DNA of 64,000 nucleotides from the NCBI GenBank assembly GCA_964364045.1, contig CAYIKL010000001.1, positions 24,633 through 88,632 on the forward strand, given 5' to 3'. Below are positions 28,875 through 37,839 of the stretch, in pieces; position 1 is the first letter of the stretch, and each line of letters begins with the position of its first letter. This stretch comes from an uncultured Methanosarcinales archaeon (GTDB lineage Archaea > Nanobdellota > Nanobdellia > Woesearchaeales > JAGLXL01). The notes beneath the pieces were generated by a model. That model ran no database searches. It saw nothing but the letters and a program-made list of their open reading frames with translations, and was not told the DNA's origin. The position numbers and the translations under genes were made by a program.

Positions 28875-29354
28875 TCATTTTCTCTCCCCGCTTTTTGCGC
28901 TGTCTTTCTTAACTTTCTTTTCGGCTTCAACTTTTTCCTGTAACACTACTTCAATGTGCGTCCTTTTCGTGCTCTGCCCGCGCTTCCTTCCGCCGTGCAT
29001 CGGCGTTGATGCTTTTTGTGCCGCAATATGTGTCACATACAACCGCGCTGTGTTCATTCCTTTGAATTGTGCGTTGAACTCTGCCGATTCGAGCACCTGA
29101 AGTATCCCTCTGCTTGTTTTCTTTGGATATCTTCCTGATGCCATGCCGCTTTTGTGCCCGACATCCATCGTGTATCGTTTGTACGGCACTGCACGCTTGA
29201 GAGTGATAACATCCAACAGCATGCTTTTTGCCACTTGTACATTCCTTCCTTTGATAAACCGGCATACCTCAACACTGTTTTTCGTGCTGATAGGCAAGTC
29301 CCTTCCGACTGCCTTTGCTCCTTCCATTGGTGTGGTGTATCTGTATTTTGCCAT
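28875..29354 (-). CDS. rpl22: Ribosomal protein L22 (uL22)
   Basis: AKAVGRDLPISTKNSVEVCRFIKGRNVQVAKSMLLDVI. Confidence 0.85.
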   Translation of the reverse strand: MAKYRYTTPMEGAKAVGRDLPISTKNSVEVCRFIKGRNVQVAKSMLLDVITLKRAVPYKRYTMDVGHKSGMASGRYPKKTSRGILQVLESAEFNAQFKGMNTARLYVTHIAAQKASTPMHGGRKRGQSTKRTHIEVVLQEKVEAEKKVKKDSAKSGERK

Positions 29355-29356
29355 GG

Positions 29357-29740
29357 TTACTTCACGGATATTGCGGCGCTGCTTCTCGTAGCTCCGACTC
29401 CAGGCGCACTGTGCTTTACGCTTTTTCGTGTCAGCGCAAACTCGCCCAGCCGGTGCCCCAACATCTCATAGTTGATCTGCACCTGAGTGAATTCCTTGCC
29501 ATTAAACACCTGAATCATTTTCCCCAGCATTTTCGGTATGATGACCATATCTCTGCAATGTGTCCTGATGCGTGGTGCATCACGCTCAACGGTTGCTATC
29601 AGCGCTTTTTCCATCGCTGTAAATCCACGCGTGAGTTTTCTCCTGTCTCGTGCAGGAACAAGCTGCGCAAACTCTTTCAGGTCCATATTCTTAAGCTCTT
29701 CCGGAGTTTTCCCTCGCCAGAGCTGTTCTTTCTTAGCCAT
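29357..29740 (-). CDS. rps19: Ribosomal protein S19 (uS19)
   Basis: RGFTAMEKALIATVERDAPRIRTHCRDMVIIPKMLGKMIQVFNGKEF. Confidence 0.85.
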   Translation of the reverse strand: MAKKEQLWRGKTPEELKNMDLKEFAQLVPARDRRKLTRGFTAMEKALIATVERDAPRIRTHCRDMVIIPKMLGKMIQVFNGKEFTQVQINYEMLGHRLGEFALTRKSVKHSAPGVGATRSSAAISVK

Positions 29741-30152
29741 ATCGCGCTCCCATTTTTGTGCATATCTCGCCGATGGTCACATATTTTAAATTCGGCAGCT
29801 TCTGGACATCAGCGGACTTTATTGTCTCCCTCTTTCCTTTTACCTGTTCAGGCGATGCGATATAACATCTCACCTTTTTCAGTGCGGCTTTCCCTCTGCT
29901 GTTTTTGGGCAGCATGCGCCGCACGACCCTATCGACAAAAAAGTCAGGGCGTCTCTCGAAGAACACTCCTTTTGTCGGCTTGCCGCGCCGTTCCGACATC
30001 GACCGCTGTTTCTCGAATATCGATTGTTTGTTTCCGGTAATCACTATTTTCTCGCAGTTGACAAGTGAGATTTCTTCCCCTAAAAGCGCAGCCTTCGCTA
30101 CATACGACGCAACCCTTCCTAAAATCATGTCTTCTCCGTTAATGACTCTCAT
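29733..30152 (-). CDS. rpl13: Ribosomal protein L13 (uL13)
   Basis: VINGEDMILGRVASYVAKAALLGEEISLVNCEKIVITGNK...VVRRMLPKNSRGKAALKKVRCY. Confidence 0.8.
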   Translation of the reverse strand: MRVINGEDMILGRVASYVAKAALLGEEISLVNCEKIVITGNKQSIFEKQRSMSERRGKPTKGVFFERRPDFFVDRVVRRMLPKNSRGKAALKKVRCYIASPEQVKGKRETIKSADVQKLPNLKYVTIGEICTKMGARYG

Positions 30153-30511
30153 CCTAGTATCCTCACATTTGTTCCTTTTGGATTTTGCTTCAATAAATCA
30201 TGGATGGCAAATACCTGCCCGCCTGCACTTTCGATTTTGTCAATTGCCTGCTGTGAAAATGTAAACGCTGCAACATTCAGCTTGTGGTTTAAGTCGCCCA
30301 TTCCAAGGACTTTTCCCGGCACAACAACAGTTTCCCCCTCTTTTGCGTATTTGTCGAGCTTGTAGATGTTAACGATCCGCCGCTGGCGCGTTGGTCGCTC
30401 TAAGTCATTCGCTATTCTTTTCCAGAGTGCTGAATTCTCTTTCAGTGCAGCCTGCTTCAGCGTACTGATCAGCTGCTGCGTATGTTGGTTGCTTGGTCCT
30501 GTTCGTTTCAT
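30149..30511 (-). CDS. rpl18e: Ribosomal protein L18e
   Basis: RRIVNIYKLDKYAKEGETVVVPGKVLGMGDLNHKLNVAAFTFSQQAIDKIESAGG. Confidence 0.8.
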   Translation of the reverse strand: MKRTGPSNQHTQQLISTLKQAALKENSALWKRIANDLERPTRQRRIVNIYKLDKYAKEGETVVVPGKVLGMGDLNHKLNVAAFTFSQQAIDKIESAGGQVFAIHDLLKQNPKGTNVRILG

Positions 30512-30533
30512 TGTCTGTTAACTTTTATGATAA

Positions 30534-30619
30534 TGCGGGGGACGTGATTCGAACACGCGTACCCACTAAGGGACTAGGCCCTCAACCTAGCGCATTTGAC
30601 CAGGCTCTGCCACCCCCGC
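30534..30619 (-). tRNA. tRNA-Leu(GAG), long variable arm
   Basis: Reverse complement: GCGGGGG-TG-GCA-GAGCCTGGTCAAA-TGC-G-CTAGG-TTGAGGG-CCTAG-(long variable arm)-GCGTG-TTCGAAT-CACGT-CCCCCGC-A. The anticodon is GAG. The gene sits inside the r-protein/RNAP operon between rpoD and rpl18e. Confidence 0.8.
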
Positions 30620-30620
30620 A

Positions 30621-31412
30621 TCATTTTATTTGCTCCTCGAGGGCGTCAACCTTTTGAATAATGATCTCTGCTGCCTGCTCTAATATTTCCTTACAGCTCA
30701 GCTGTCCCCAGCTTTCGACGGTGAGCACGTAATCTTCAGTATCACTGACAGTAGCGCCTGCTTCCTCAAGTGCTTCACAGCATGCATCACATCGTGGACT
30801 AACTGCCAGTTTTTCTTTTTCTACTTTCACTTTTCCCGCAGTGATGCTCACGAGATCGCCGCATGCGCTTTGGATACGCGCTCGCTGCTCCTCACTTACC
30901 TTGTCTTCTGCCTTGACAGAAACATCCTTCCGGTAAAAAACAAGCCCGGTCGCCCACTTTGCATGCGTCTTTCCCTTGCCCAACACTGCAGTCGCCTCAA
31001 ATTCAATCTTCTGCTTTGTCGCAAGTTTCACAATAGGCATGTCTTCATAGACAAATGTGCACTTTGGATCCTGGCTTTTTGCTTCGGATGCAGTAACAAT
31101 GCCCTTCTTTGCCGCTTTCAGTGTGATTTTGAGTTCGCATTTTGCACAGCCAACACCCTTGCACGTGCAGTCTTCCTTTAATACATAACTCTTGGCATCA
31201 GTCTTAATGGGAAGAAGGCCAAGACGGTGTGCAACAATTTCATCATACAGGGCTGAGCTATTGTCTCTCAGTTCCACATCCTCGATAGCAAGCGTTGGTA
31301 CTTCCTCAGCTGAAAATCTGCGGACAAGATTCATAAATGCATCATCTGCCCCGCTCACCATCACCTGCAATTTATTCGTTTTTTTATCCCACTCAATAAG
31401 ATTAAGTTTCAT
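30621..31412 (-). CDS. rpoD: DNA-directed RNA polymerase subunit D (Rpo3)
   Basis: [32 protein letters not shown]...HRLGLLPIK, plus a C-terminal Fe-S/Cys cluster ([20 protein letters not shown]). Confidence 0.85.
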   Translation of the reverse strand: MKLNLIEWDKKTNKLQVMVSGADDAFMNLVRRFSAEEVPTLAIEDVELRDNSSALYDEIVAHRLGLLPIKTDAKSYVLKEDCTCKGVGCAKCELKITLKAAKKGIVTASEAKSQDPKCTFVYEDMPIVKLATKQKIEFEATAVLGKGKTHAKWATGLVFYRKDVSVKAEDKVSEEQRARIQSACGDLVSITAGKVKVEKEKLAVSPRCDACCEALEEAGATVSDTEDYVLTVESWGQLSCKEILEQAAEIIIQKVDALEEQIK

Positions 31413-31855
31413 ACTCTTCTTCCTCTACGGCCGCCTTTGACACGGCAGCCATCATGCGCAACGGGTGTAACATCCTCAATTTTGCCGATTAAGATCCCTG
31501 CACGCGAAAGCGCGCGGATAGCCGCCTGTGCACCAGGTCCTGTGTTTGCCGGACCCTGATGGCCTCCTGGAGCTCTGACACGGACATGTAGCCCATTGAC
31601 CCCCTTATCTCGGATGATCTCAGCAATCTTTTTTGCTGCAAGCATCGCTGCTGTCGGCGAGCTTTCCAACCTGTCTGATTTGACCACTTGTCCTCCTGAC
31701 GAGCGTGCAAGCGTCTCTGTTCCGGTGATATCGGTGACATGAATGATCGTGTTGTTATAGCTGGAATAAATATGTGCTAAGCCCCAGCGGATGTTCCGTG
31801 GAGCATTATACTCCCTTCGAGGGCGATCCTCATGACTTTCCTTTTTTCGTTCCAT
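31409..31855 (-). CDS. rps11: Ribosomal protein S11 (uS11)
   Basis: [32 protein letters not shown]. Confidence 0.85.
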   Translation of the reverse strand: MERKKESHEDRPRREYNAPRNIRWGLAHIYSSYNNTIIHVTDITGTETLARSSGGQVVKSDRLESSPTAAMLAAKKIAEIIRDKGVNGLHVRVRAPGGHQGPANTGPGAQAAIRALSRAGILIGKIEDVTPVAHDGCRVKGGRRGRRV

Positions 31856-32409
31856 TATTTGATCTCCGCAGGCTCAGCCGTTTTTTCTTTTTTTTCAGCG
31901 TGTGCCCGCTCAGGATGCTCTTGGTTGAATAGAGGCGATCGCGGTGAAAAGTTGATGAGCTCTTCCTCGGCTTTTGTAACAATATAGCTTGGTGCTGACA
32001 CAATCTTGCCCCCGACTGCAAGATGGTTGTGGGTGATCAGCTGCCGTGCTTGTTTCATAGTCCGTGCCAGCCCTCTCCTGAAGACGAAGCTTTGCAGCCT
32101 GCGCTCCATAATTGTTTTTGTTGTTAAGCCAAGCACAGCGTCAAGTTTTGCTCCCGTTGAAAGCAAGCCGATCCTCTGCAGCCTCTGTAGCAGTTGTGTG
32201 CGTTCCTTATCCGCCTGTGCAGTGCGGAGAGCGATAAGCCTCTTTGCCTGGTTCTTAAAACTTCTCAGCAAGGAATCCATTCTCCATATCTCCTGCTTGT
32301 TTTTGAGCGCATATTCTTTTTTCAGCTCCCGCTCTATCTCGATGTTTGCCGCTCTCCAAGGATGCATCGGCGTTTCAAATTTTTTCTTTAATCTGCGTGG
32401 GTCACCCAT
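31855..32409 (-). CDS. rps4: Ribosomal protein S4 (uS4)
   Basis: [17 protein letters not shown]...[34 protein letters not shown]. Confidence 0.85.
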   Translation of the reverse strand: MGDPRRLKKKFETPMHPWRAANIEIERELKKEYALKNKQEIWRMDSLLRSFKNQAKRLIALRTAQADKERTQLLQRLQRIGLLSTGAKLDAVLGLTTKTIMERRLQSFVFRRGLARTMKQARQLITHNHLAVGGKIVSAPSYIVTKAEEELINFSPRSPLFNQEHPERAHAEKKEKTAEPAEIK

Positions 32410-32415
32410 AGATCA

Positions 32416-32934
32416 TCACTTTTTCTTTCCCTTTTCATCCTTTCCTTTTTCATCTTTTTTCTCATCTGAAGCAGCTTCAACTTTCTTGCGGTGTACGCCC
32501 AGCGTGACTTTACCCTTGTTCTTTCTGAAATTGCTTCTTGTTCTTTGTCCTCTCACCGGCAGCCCTTTTCCATGCCTGTCCCCTCGGTATGTCTTTATTT
32601 TACGCAGTCGCTTGATATCATTATCATTTGCATAATCTAAATCAGCGCCAATCAGATGCTTGTCTTCGTTTGTTTCAATGTCCCGCCGCCTGTTCACCAT
32701 CCATAAAGGCGCGCCGTTCTCCAGTGGTGCGCGGATAATTTTATCAAGCAGCTTTATTTTTTCTTCATCAAGCAAGCCGATCTGCGCGTTTTTCTCAACA
32801 TGCGCAAGCGAAACTACCATATTTGAAAATGAAACGCTCACTCCTTTGACTTTTAAGAGTGCTTGATGTACTTGCTTCAACCCATCAAGGTCAGTGTTTG
32901 CGATGCGTACGAGATGTTTTATTTGTCCTTCCAT
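32416..32934 (-). CDS. rps13: Ribosomal protein S13 (uS13) with a KE-rich tail
   Basis: HLVRIANTDLDGLKQVHQALLKVKGVSVSFSN...RGDRHGKGLPVRGQRTRSN. Confidence 0.85.
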   Translation of the reverse strand: MEGQIKHLVRIANTDLDGLKQVHQALLKVKGVSVSFSNMVVSLAHVEKNAQIGLLDEEKIKLLDKIIRAPLENGAPLWMVNRRRDIETNEDKHLIGADLDYANDNDIKRLRKIKTYRGDRHGKGLPVRGQRTRSNFRKNKGKVTLGVHRKKVEAASDEKKDEKGKDEKGKKK

Positions 32935-33394
32935 GTGAATAAGCTGAGAAATATTCCTCAGCCCTGTGCGCCGTTTGACTCGGGCTTAATACTGTGTTTG
33001 TTTCAGGAGGAGGTTTATAAATGTTTGTGTATCCTATTATTATCGTGTTTCCTCGTAATCTTGGTTGAACGTTCCACTTGTTCGCGCTAAAGAGATACTC
33101 TTTTGCATACAATAAGCACCAGTGAGTTCGCCACCCTAAAACATTGAAGCAAATAATGCAATAAGCCCTATCCTGAGCATAAAAATCAAAAAAGAATAGG
33201 TTTTGTCTTTTGGGTGCGAATTCAAAATTATTTCACTGATTAACTCCTTCACGAATTCCCCTGAGTGTTCTTATTTTATAAATTTTAAAGAGAGTACTAA
33301 AGTATTTTTATTATAAAGATACCATTTCCCCAGAAAACCATCCCTAAAAAAGAAAAAGGGCATCCAAAATGGCAATTATTTTCAATTCCATCGC

Positions 33395-33727
33395 TCAACA
33401 TAACGCTTCAAGCGCTGTTTTTACCTTGTCTCTCCTCAGCTTGCCAAGTGCATTGTTCTCAATGTGACGGATTTCTATCGTTCCCTTTTCTAACAACGCA
33501 GCGACATCAGTAATGGAATATAGCTGATCGGAAGCATTAAGGCCGAAACGGTGTCCGAGAACGTTCCTCTCTTCTTCGGTAAGACTGGCTGCAGCGAATA
33601 CCTCATTCACCGCCCGATGAAGTTTCGGTGCATTCCCATCAATAGGAGGCAAATCGTGCATTCCCGTGATTTTACCAAGGAACGCTCCAGCATACCACGG
33701 ATCATACGTGGTCCAATATTCAGCCAT
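33395..33727 (-). CDS. Small protein with a sigma-70 region-4-like HTH
   Basis: LTEEERNVLGHRFGLNASDQLYSITDVAALLEKGTIEIRHIENNALGKLRR fits the region 4.2 consensus (L..rER.VL.LRFGL.....tLeEvG..l.vTrERIRQIE.kALrKLR). The N-terminal ~50 aa are unrelated. Confidence 0.5.
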   Translation of the reverse strand: MAEYWTTYDPWYAGAFLGKITGMHDLPPIDGNAPKLHRAVNEVFAAASLTEEERNVLGHRFGLNASDQLYSITDVAALLEKGTIEIRHIENNALGKLRRDKVKTALEALC

Positions 33728-33753
33728 TCAACAACTGTTTTAAGAACTTCTTT

Positions 33754-35211
33754 TTAAGTTTTTCCAACACCAGACTTCTCTCCATACCTCGCCTTCCTCT
33801 TCGCACAATTCACCGGATTCTTGCATTTCGCACAAACATTCTCCGCACACTTCACGCCCAAACTCTGATAATAAGCAATATTTGAGCAATTGGGAGGTAA
33901 AATCGCTTTCTTCATCTTCGCATACCGCAACTGTCCCACAATATAGTTTTCCCGCAACTGCTCTGGATTCCTCTTGTTCCATTCAGCAACATACTTCTCC
34001 ACCTGCTCGTACGACCAGCCCACGCTTCGCAAAAAATTAATTAACACAAACAACCCTCGTTTCTTTCCATCCTCCATTCCTTTGGAAATCTTCTTGATGC
34101 AGTCGGGGAAATATTCTTCAGCAATTGCAGTCGCAGGTACTTCTATCTCTTTCGACAGTTTCTCTTCCTTCTGAGGAATGGTGTAATCAAATGCCTGGAG
34201 GAACAGATGACGCGCTTCATCGGGCTGTGCAGCTCGCGAAAGAAACATGTGATCAAACTTTATCTTCTCTGGCTTTGCATTTTCTTTGTTAAAATCAATT
34301 ACTCTTTCAGGATCGATGGGAACCGAGACCAAGCCAGACTTCTCATGCAGCGAATAGGGCGCACGATAGAGATGCCGTGAGGAGATGAGCAATGTATCTA
34401 TATCAATTATTTTTTTTGCATCAAATCTTTTTATAAACTGTGTTTTTCCGCAATTGCTGCACTTTTTGTATTCTTTTTTAATCATGATCTTTTTGCACTT
34501 GTCACAGCTCTTGTATGCGATCAGTTCATCAGTGACAAAACGGTTGTCGCACGACGGGCAGATGAATTCTATTTTTGCTCCTTCTTTCTCTTTGTCACAA
34601 TACAAACATCTCCTTTCGACAAGGTCCTGAATCGATAAGCCAAAAGCAGCAGCGACCTGCTCCGGTGTTTGTGCAGGAACAAAATCAAAGAATTTCTCCT
34701 CTAGCAAATGAATTAAATACAGCGCAATGCGCCTCGGTCCTTCAGGGAACAATGCCTGTACACTTTTTCCGTGCACCTTTTGAGGAAACGCTTCAAACGG
34801 CACGCCGATGTGGAAGCCCTTGTTGCCGCTGAACTTGATACTGACAGCATCTATCCCAAAACTTTTGATTAATTTGATGGCAACATCTGCAAATATTTTT
34901 GAGTATTCCCAGTTTTTGCAGTCGATGTCAATGACTAGGTCCCATCCGCTGCGCAGTTCAGCCAATTCACGTGGTTTCATGGTCGGCGATAGCTGCAGCG
35001 CATTGCGCCACCGCTCTTCCGAGCAGTGGAAAGAGGTTGCTCCCTGTTGTGCATTCTCAAGAACATCGTTTTCGTACTGAAGAATATCTGGTCGCGAGCC
35101 AAATGCCTCGCCATAGCGCGCCGCAACCTCGCGATCTCGTGAGTGTGCAACAAGTGCTTCCTGCACTTCTTTTCTCTTGTAATGCCGTAAGATTGTTCCG
35201 ATGGTGAGCAT
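33754..35211 (-). CDS. priS: DNA primase: PriS catalytic domain fused to a C-terminal helical Cys-cluster (PriL-CTD/PriX-like) domain
   Basis: PriS motifs are present (...WDLVIDIDCKNWEY... and FSGNKGFHIGVPFEAF), with a zinc knuckle CLYCDK...CPSCD. The C-terminal 150 aa are helical and end in C-x11-C-x4-C-x2-C. The length is 485 aa, longer than a stand-alone PriS. Confidence 0.75.
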   Translation of the reverse strand: MLTIGTILRHYKRKEVQEALVAHSRDREVAARYGEAFGSRPDILQYENDVLENAQQGATSFHCSEERWRNALQLSPTMKPRELAELRSGWDLVIDIDCKNWEYSKIFADVAIKLIKSFGIDAVSIKFSGNKGFHIGVPFEAFPQKVHGKSVQALFPEGPRRIALYLIHLLEEKFFDFVPAQTPEQVAAAFGLSIQDLVERRCLYCDKEKEGAKIEFICPSCDNRFVTDELIAYKSCDKCKKIMIKKEYKKCSNCGKTQFIKRFDAKKIIDIDTLLISSRHLYRAPYSLHEKSGLVSVPIDPERVIDFNKENAKPEKIKFDHMFLSRAAQPDEARHLFLQAFDYTIPQKEEKLSKEIEVPATAIAEEYFPDCIKKISKGMEDGKKRGLFVLINFLRSVGWSYEQVEKYVAEWNKRNPEQLRENYIVGQLRYAKMKKAILPPNCSNIAYYQSLGVKCAENVCAKCKNPVNCAKRKARYGEKSGVGKT

Positions 35212-35261
35212 GAATCGCCAAGAATAGCAAGGTTTAAATGAGTTTATGTTTTCGATTGCTT

Positions 35262-35618
35262 ATGATGAATGAAAGTGACACAATCACCGGGCTTATACAG
35301 CAGATCATCGATTATAATCTCTTGGTTATCGTTGAAGGAAAGAAAGATAAAAGTGCTTTAGAGCAGTTAGGTGTTCAACGCATCATGCAGCTTGAAGCCC
35401 ATCACGCATTAGCCGAAAAGATACATGACAAAGAAGTTGTGCTGCTCGTTGATTTGGATAAGGAAGGAAAGAAGATATACGGCAAGCTGAAAGACATGCT
35501 GAGCAGACGAGGTGTACGAGTGAATGACAAACTACGCCATTATTTGTTTAAAAATACCAAGCTGAGGCAGGTGGAAGGATTGGGAGGATTGGGGCATTAT
35601 TTGGGTAACGCAGACTAA
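35262..35618 (+). CDS. Small Toprim-domain protein
   Basis: LLVIVEGKKDKSALEQLGV...VVLLVDLDKEGKKIYGKL is the Toprim E...DxD signature. The gene is divergent from the primase gene. Confidence 0.55.
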   Translation: MMNESDTITGLIQQIIDYNLLVIVEGKKDKSALEQLGVQRIMQLEAHHALAEKIHDKEVVLLVDLDKEGKKIYGKLKDMLSRRGVRVNDKLRHYLFKNTKLRQVEGLGGLGHYLGNAD

Positions 35619-35655
35619 AATGAAGCATTTAGAAATATTTAAATAGTCAGAGTGA

Positions 35656-36315
35656 ATGAAAACACCTCATGAAATTATTTTATCTCTCTCTCTCTCTCTC
35701 CTGTTATTTCTAGCCAGTTGTGCACCTGAACCGTCTCCAGAAACAGAACTTTATGCGAGCGCGGAAGGAATATCAATCGAAGAGGCACAGGACCTTATTG
35801 GTGAAGCTATTCGCGCAGGTAATTGGCGTGTTACGAGTTGTGCTGACTCCGATGGAGGAAAATCGTACGGCACGTTTGGATCTTTGACTGTAACATATCG
35901 ACATCAACGGCTGAGTAGGACGGGAGTATTGGCAGATGAATGTAAGTCCAGAACCCGTTTGAAAGAATATTTCTGTGATGGAGGTCAGCCAGAATCAACA
36001 ATGTACGCCTGCACAACAAGTTGCGCTTCTGGTGCGTGTGTTAACCCTAGAATCAATGCGACGAATGTTACTAATCAAACGATGCAGAGTAATGTGACGA
36101 ACTTTACGAATGTTAGTATGCAGACAAATAGTTCAAACCTGAGTTATAATAGAACAAATAACCCGATAAACGTTTCTAATGCCACTTTCACTAACGGAAC
36201 CAACACTGCCGCTCCAAATGGGACAAACATCACAAACACAACTCTGCCGTTCAATATGACGAACACGACTAATCCGACAAGCTCCACCAATTCTACAGGT
36301 AATTCCACAATTTGA
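35656..36315 (+). CDS. Secreted Cys-containing protein with an extreme N-glycosylation-sequon-rich C-terminal tail
   Basis: A signal peptide (LSLSLSLLLFLASCAP) is followed by a ~110 aa Cys-containing domain, then NATNVTNQT..NVTNFTNVS..NSSNLSYNRTN..NVSNATFTNGTNT..NGTNITNTT..NMTNTTNPTSSTNSTGNST. Confidence 0.6.
   Translation: MKTPHEIILSLSLSLLLFLASCAPEPSPETELYASAEGISIEEAQDLIGEAIRAGNWRVTSCADSDGGKSYGTFGSLTVTYRHQRLSRTGVLADECKSRTRLKEYFCDGGQPESTMYACTTSCASGACVNPRINATNVTNQTMQSNVTNFTNVSMQTNSSNLSYNRTNNPINVSNATFTNGTNTAAPNGTNITNTTLPFNMTNTTNPTSSTNSTGNSTI
35690..35707 (+). repeat. (TC)9 dinucleotide microsatellite inside the signal-peptide coding region of the sequon-rich glycoprotein gene
   Basis: tctctctctctctctctc encodes LSLSLS. 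Confidence 0.8.
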
Positions 36316-36385
36316 ACAGTGCAGTACTCCTATGCAAGCTAGACTAGAGAAACCTTTTTATATCCCGAACTTCTCAAAATTCACC

Positions 36386-37240
36386 ATGCTCAAAAATCAA
36401 CTCAAAACCGTAGCCTTGCTTGGACTCTTAAGCGGCCTCTTGTTAGGCGTTGGCTATCTCATCGGCGGCTATCAGGGGCTTACCATCGGTTTAATCATCG
36501 CATTAGCTTTCAACTTCATCAGCTACTGGTTTTCAGACAAAATTGTGCTTGCATTATATCGCGCAAAGCCCGCAGGAAAAGAGTACGACTATCTCCATAC
36601 CATGGTAAAAGAGCTTGCAACGAAAGCAAACATTCCAAAACCAAAAGTATACATCATCAACACGCCACAGGCAAACGCATTTGCAACCGGGAGAAATCCA
36701 AAAAAAGCAGTCGTTGCATGCACAACAGGCATACTTCAACTGTTAACAAAAGACGAACTCAAAGCAGTGCTCGCACATGAGTTAAGCCATGTAAAAAACC
36801 GCGATATCCTCGTAAGCTCAATTGCCGCAGGCATAGCTGCAGTCATATCCTATGTTGCCTTTATGGCGCGCTGGGCTGCAATATTCGGCGGGTTTGGAGG
36901 ACGAGACAGGGAGGGAAGTAACATCTTTGAACTATTAGTGCTCGGAATTATCACTCCATTGATGGCCACGCTCATTCAGCTTGCAATTTCACGAAGCCGT
37001 GAATATTTGGCTGATGCAAGCGGCGCAAAATTAACCGGACAACCACTCCATCTGGCAAGTGCGCTCGAAAAAATTGCAGGTAGCATCCAGCATTATCCGT
37101 TTGCAGCGCATGCCAGCACAACCTCAACGGCGCATTTATTTATCTCCAATCCATTTCGTAATGCTGGACTGATGCACTTCTTCTCAACCCATCCGCCGAC
37201 TGAAGAAAGGGTAAAACGGCTCAAAGAGATGAAGTTATGA
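36386..37240 (+). CDS. htpX: Zn-dependent protease HtpX (M48)
   Basis: HELSHVKNRD is an HExxH motif within a four-TM M48 topology. Confidence 0.85.
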   Translation: MLKNQLKTVALLGLLSGLLLGVGYLIGGYQGLTIGLIIALAFNFISYWFSDKIVLALYRAKPAGKEYDYLHTMVKELATKANIPKPKVYIINTPQANAFATGRNPKKAVVACTTGILQLLTKDELKAVLAHELSHVKNRDILVSSIAAGIAAVISYVAFMARWAAIFGGFGGRDREGSNIFELLVLGIITPLMATLIQLAISRSREYLADASGAKLTGQPLHLASALEKIAGSIQHYPFAAHASTTSTAHLFISNPFRNAGLMHFFSTHPPTEERVKRLKEMKL

Positions 37241-37833
37241 ATCTCTCCAACGAAATCACCAAGCACCGCAAACCAACCCACCCTATCCATCCTCTCCTCT
37301 TATCTCGCTGGTCACCTCGTGCCATGACGGATGAAGAGATCTCAGACGAAGAATTAATGTCTTTGTTTGAAGCAGCTCGCTGGGCGCCAAGCTCATACAA
37401 CGGCCAGCCTTGGCGTTTTATTTATGCAAAAAGAAACACTCCTCATTGGAAGAATTTGTTCGAGCTCATGGGAGAATTCAACCAAACCTGGACGAAGCAT
37501 GCAGCCGTTCTTGTGGTGGTGATATCAAAAAAGACATTTGATTTCAATGGCAAGCCAGCGCGTACGCACAGCCTTGACACAGGCTCAGCGTTGGAAAATC
37601 TTGCTCTCGAAGCAACAAGCAGAGGATTAGTTACACATGGTATGGAGGGGTTTGATTATGATAAGGCGAAACGGGAATTAGGAATTCCAGATGACTACAC
37701 TGTAGAAGCAATGATCGCCATTGGAAAGCGTGGGAAAAAAGAAATTCTGCCAAAAGAAATGCAGGAGCGCGAACAGCCTTCTGATCGAAGACCTTTAAAA
37801 GAATTTGTGATGGAAGGAAAGTTCAGAAACTAG
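37237..37833 (+). CDS. Nitroreductase-family protein
   Basis: RWSPRAMTDEEISDEELMSLFEAARWAPSSYNGQPWRFIY. Confidence 0.75.
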   Translation: MNLSNEITKHRKPTHPIHPLLLSRWSPRAMTDEEISDEELMSLFEAARWAPSSYNGQPWRFIYAKRNTPHWKNLFELMGEFNQTWTKHAAVLVVVISKKTFDFNGKPARTHSLDTGSALENLALEATSRGLVTHGMEGFDYDKAKRELGIPDDYTVEAMIAIGKRGKKEILPKEMQEREQPSDRRPLKEFVMEGKFRN

Positions 37834-37839
37834 ATTTTT

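Noticed and set aside
29315-30040. 241-aa + strand ORF and many other 60-250 aa ORFs antisense to the ribosomal-protein genes (e.g. 21669-22751, 24989-25381, 32006-32635)
   Set aside because: They are antisense to high-confidence r-protein CDSs, Cys/Ser/Leu-rich, and carry no motifs. Such antisense ORFs are typical shadow ORFs.
32935-33394. The 460-bp AT-rich spacer between rps13 and the region-4 protein as a possible ncRNA locus (C/D box sRNA or SRP RNA)
   Set aside because: No convincing C (RUGAUGA) and D (CUGA) box pairing or SRP-like GC-rich helices were found by eye. It is more likely a promoter/UTR region. TATA-like TTTATAAA elements are present at about 33008-33020 and 33270-33290.
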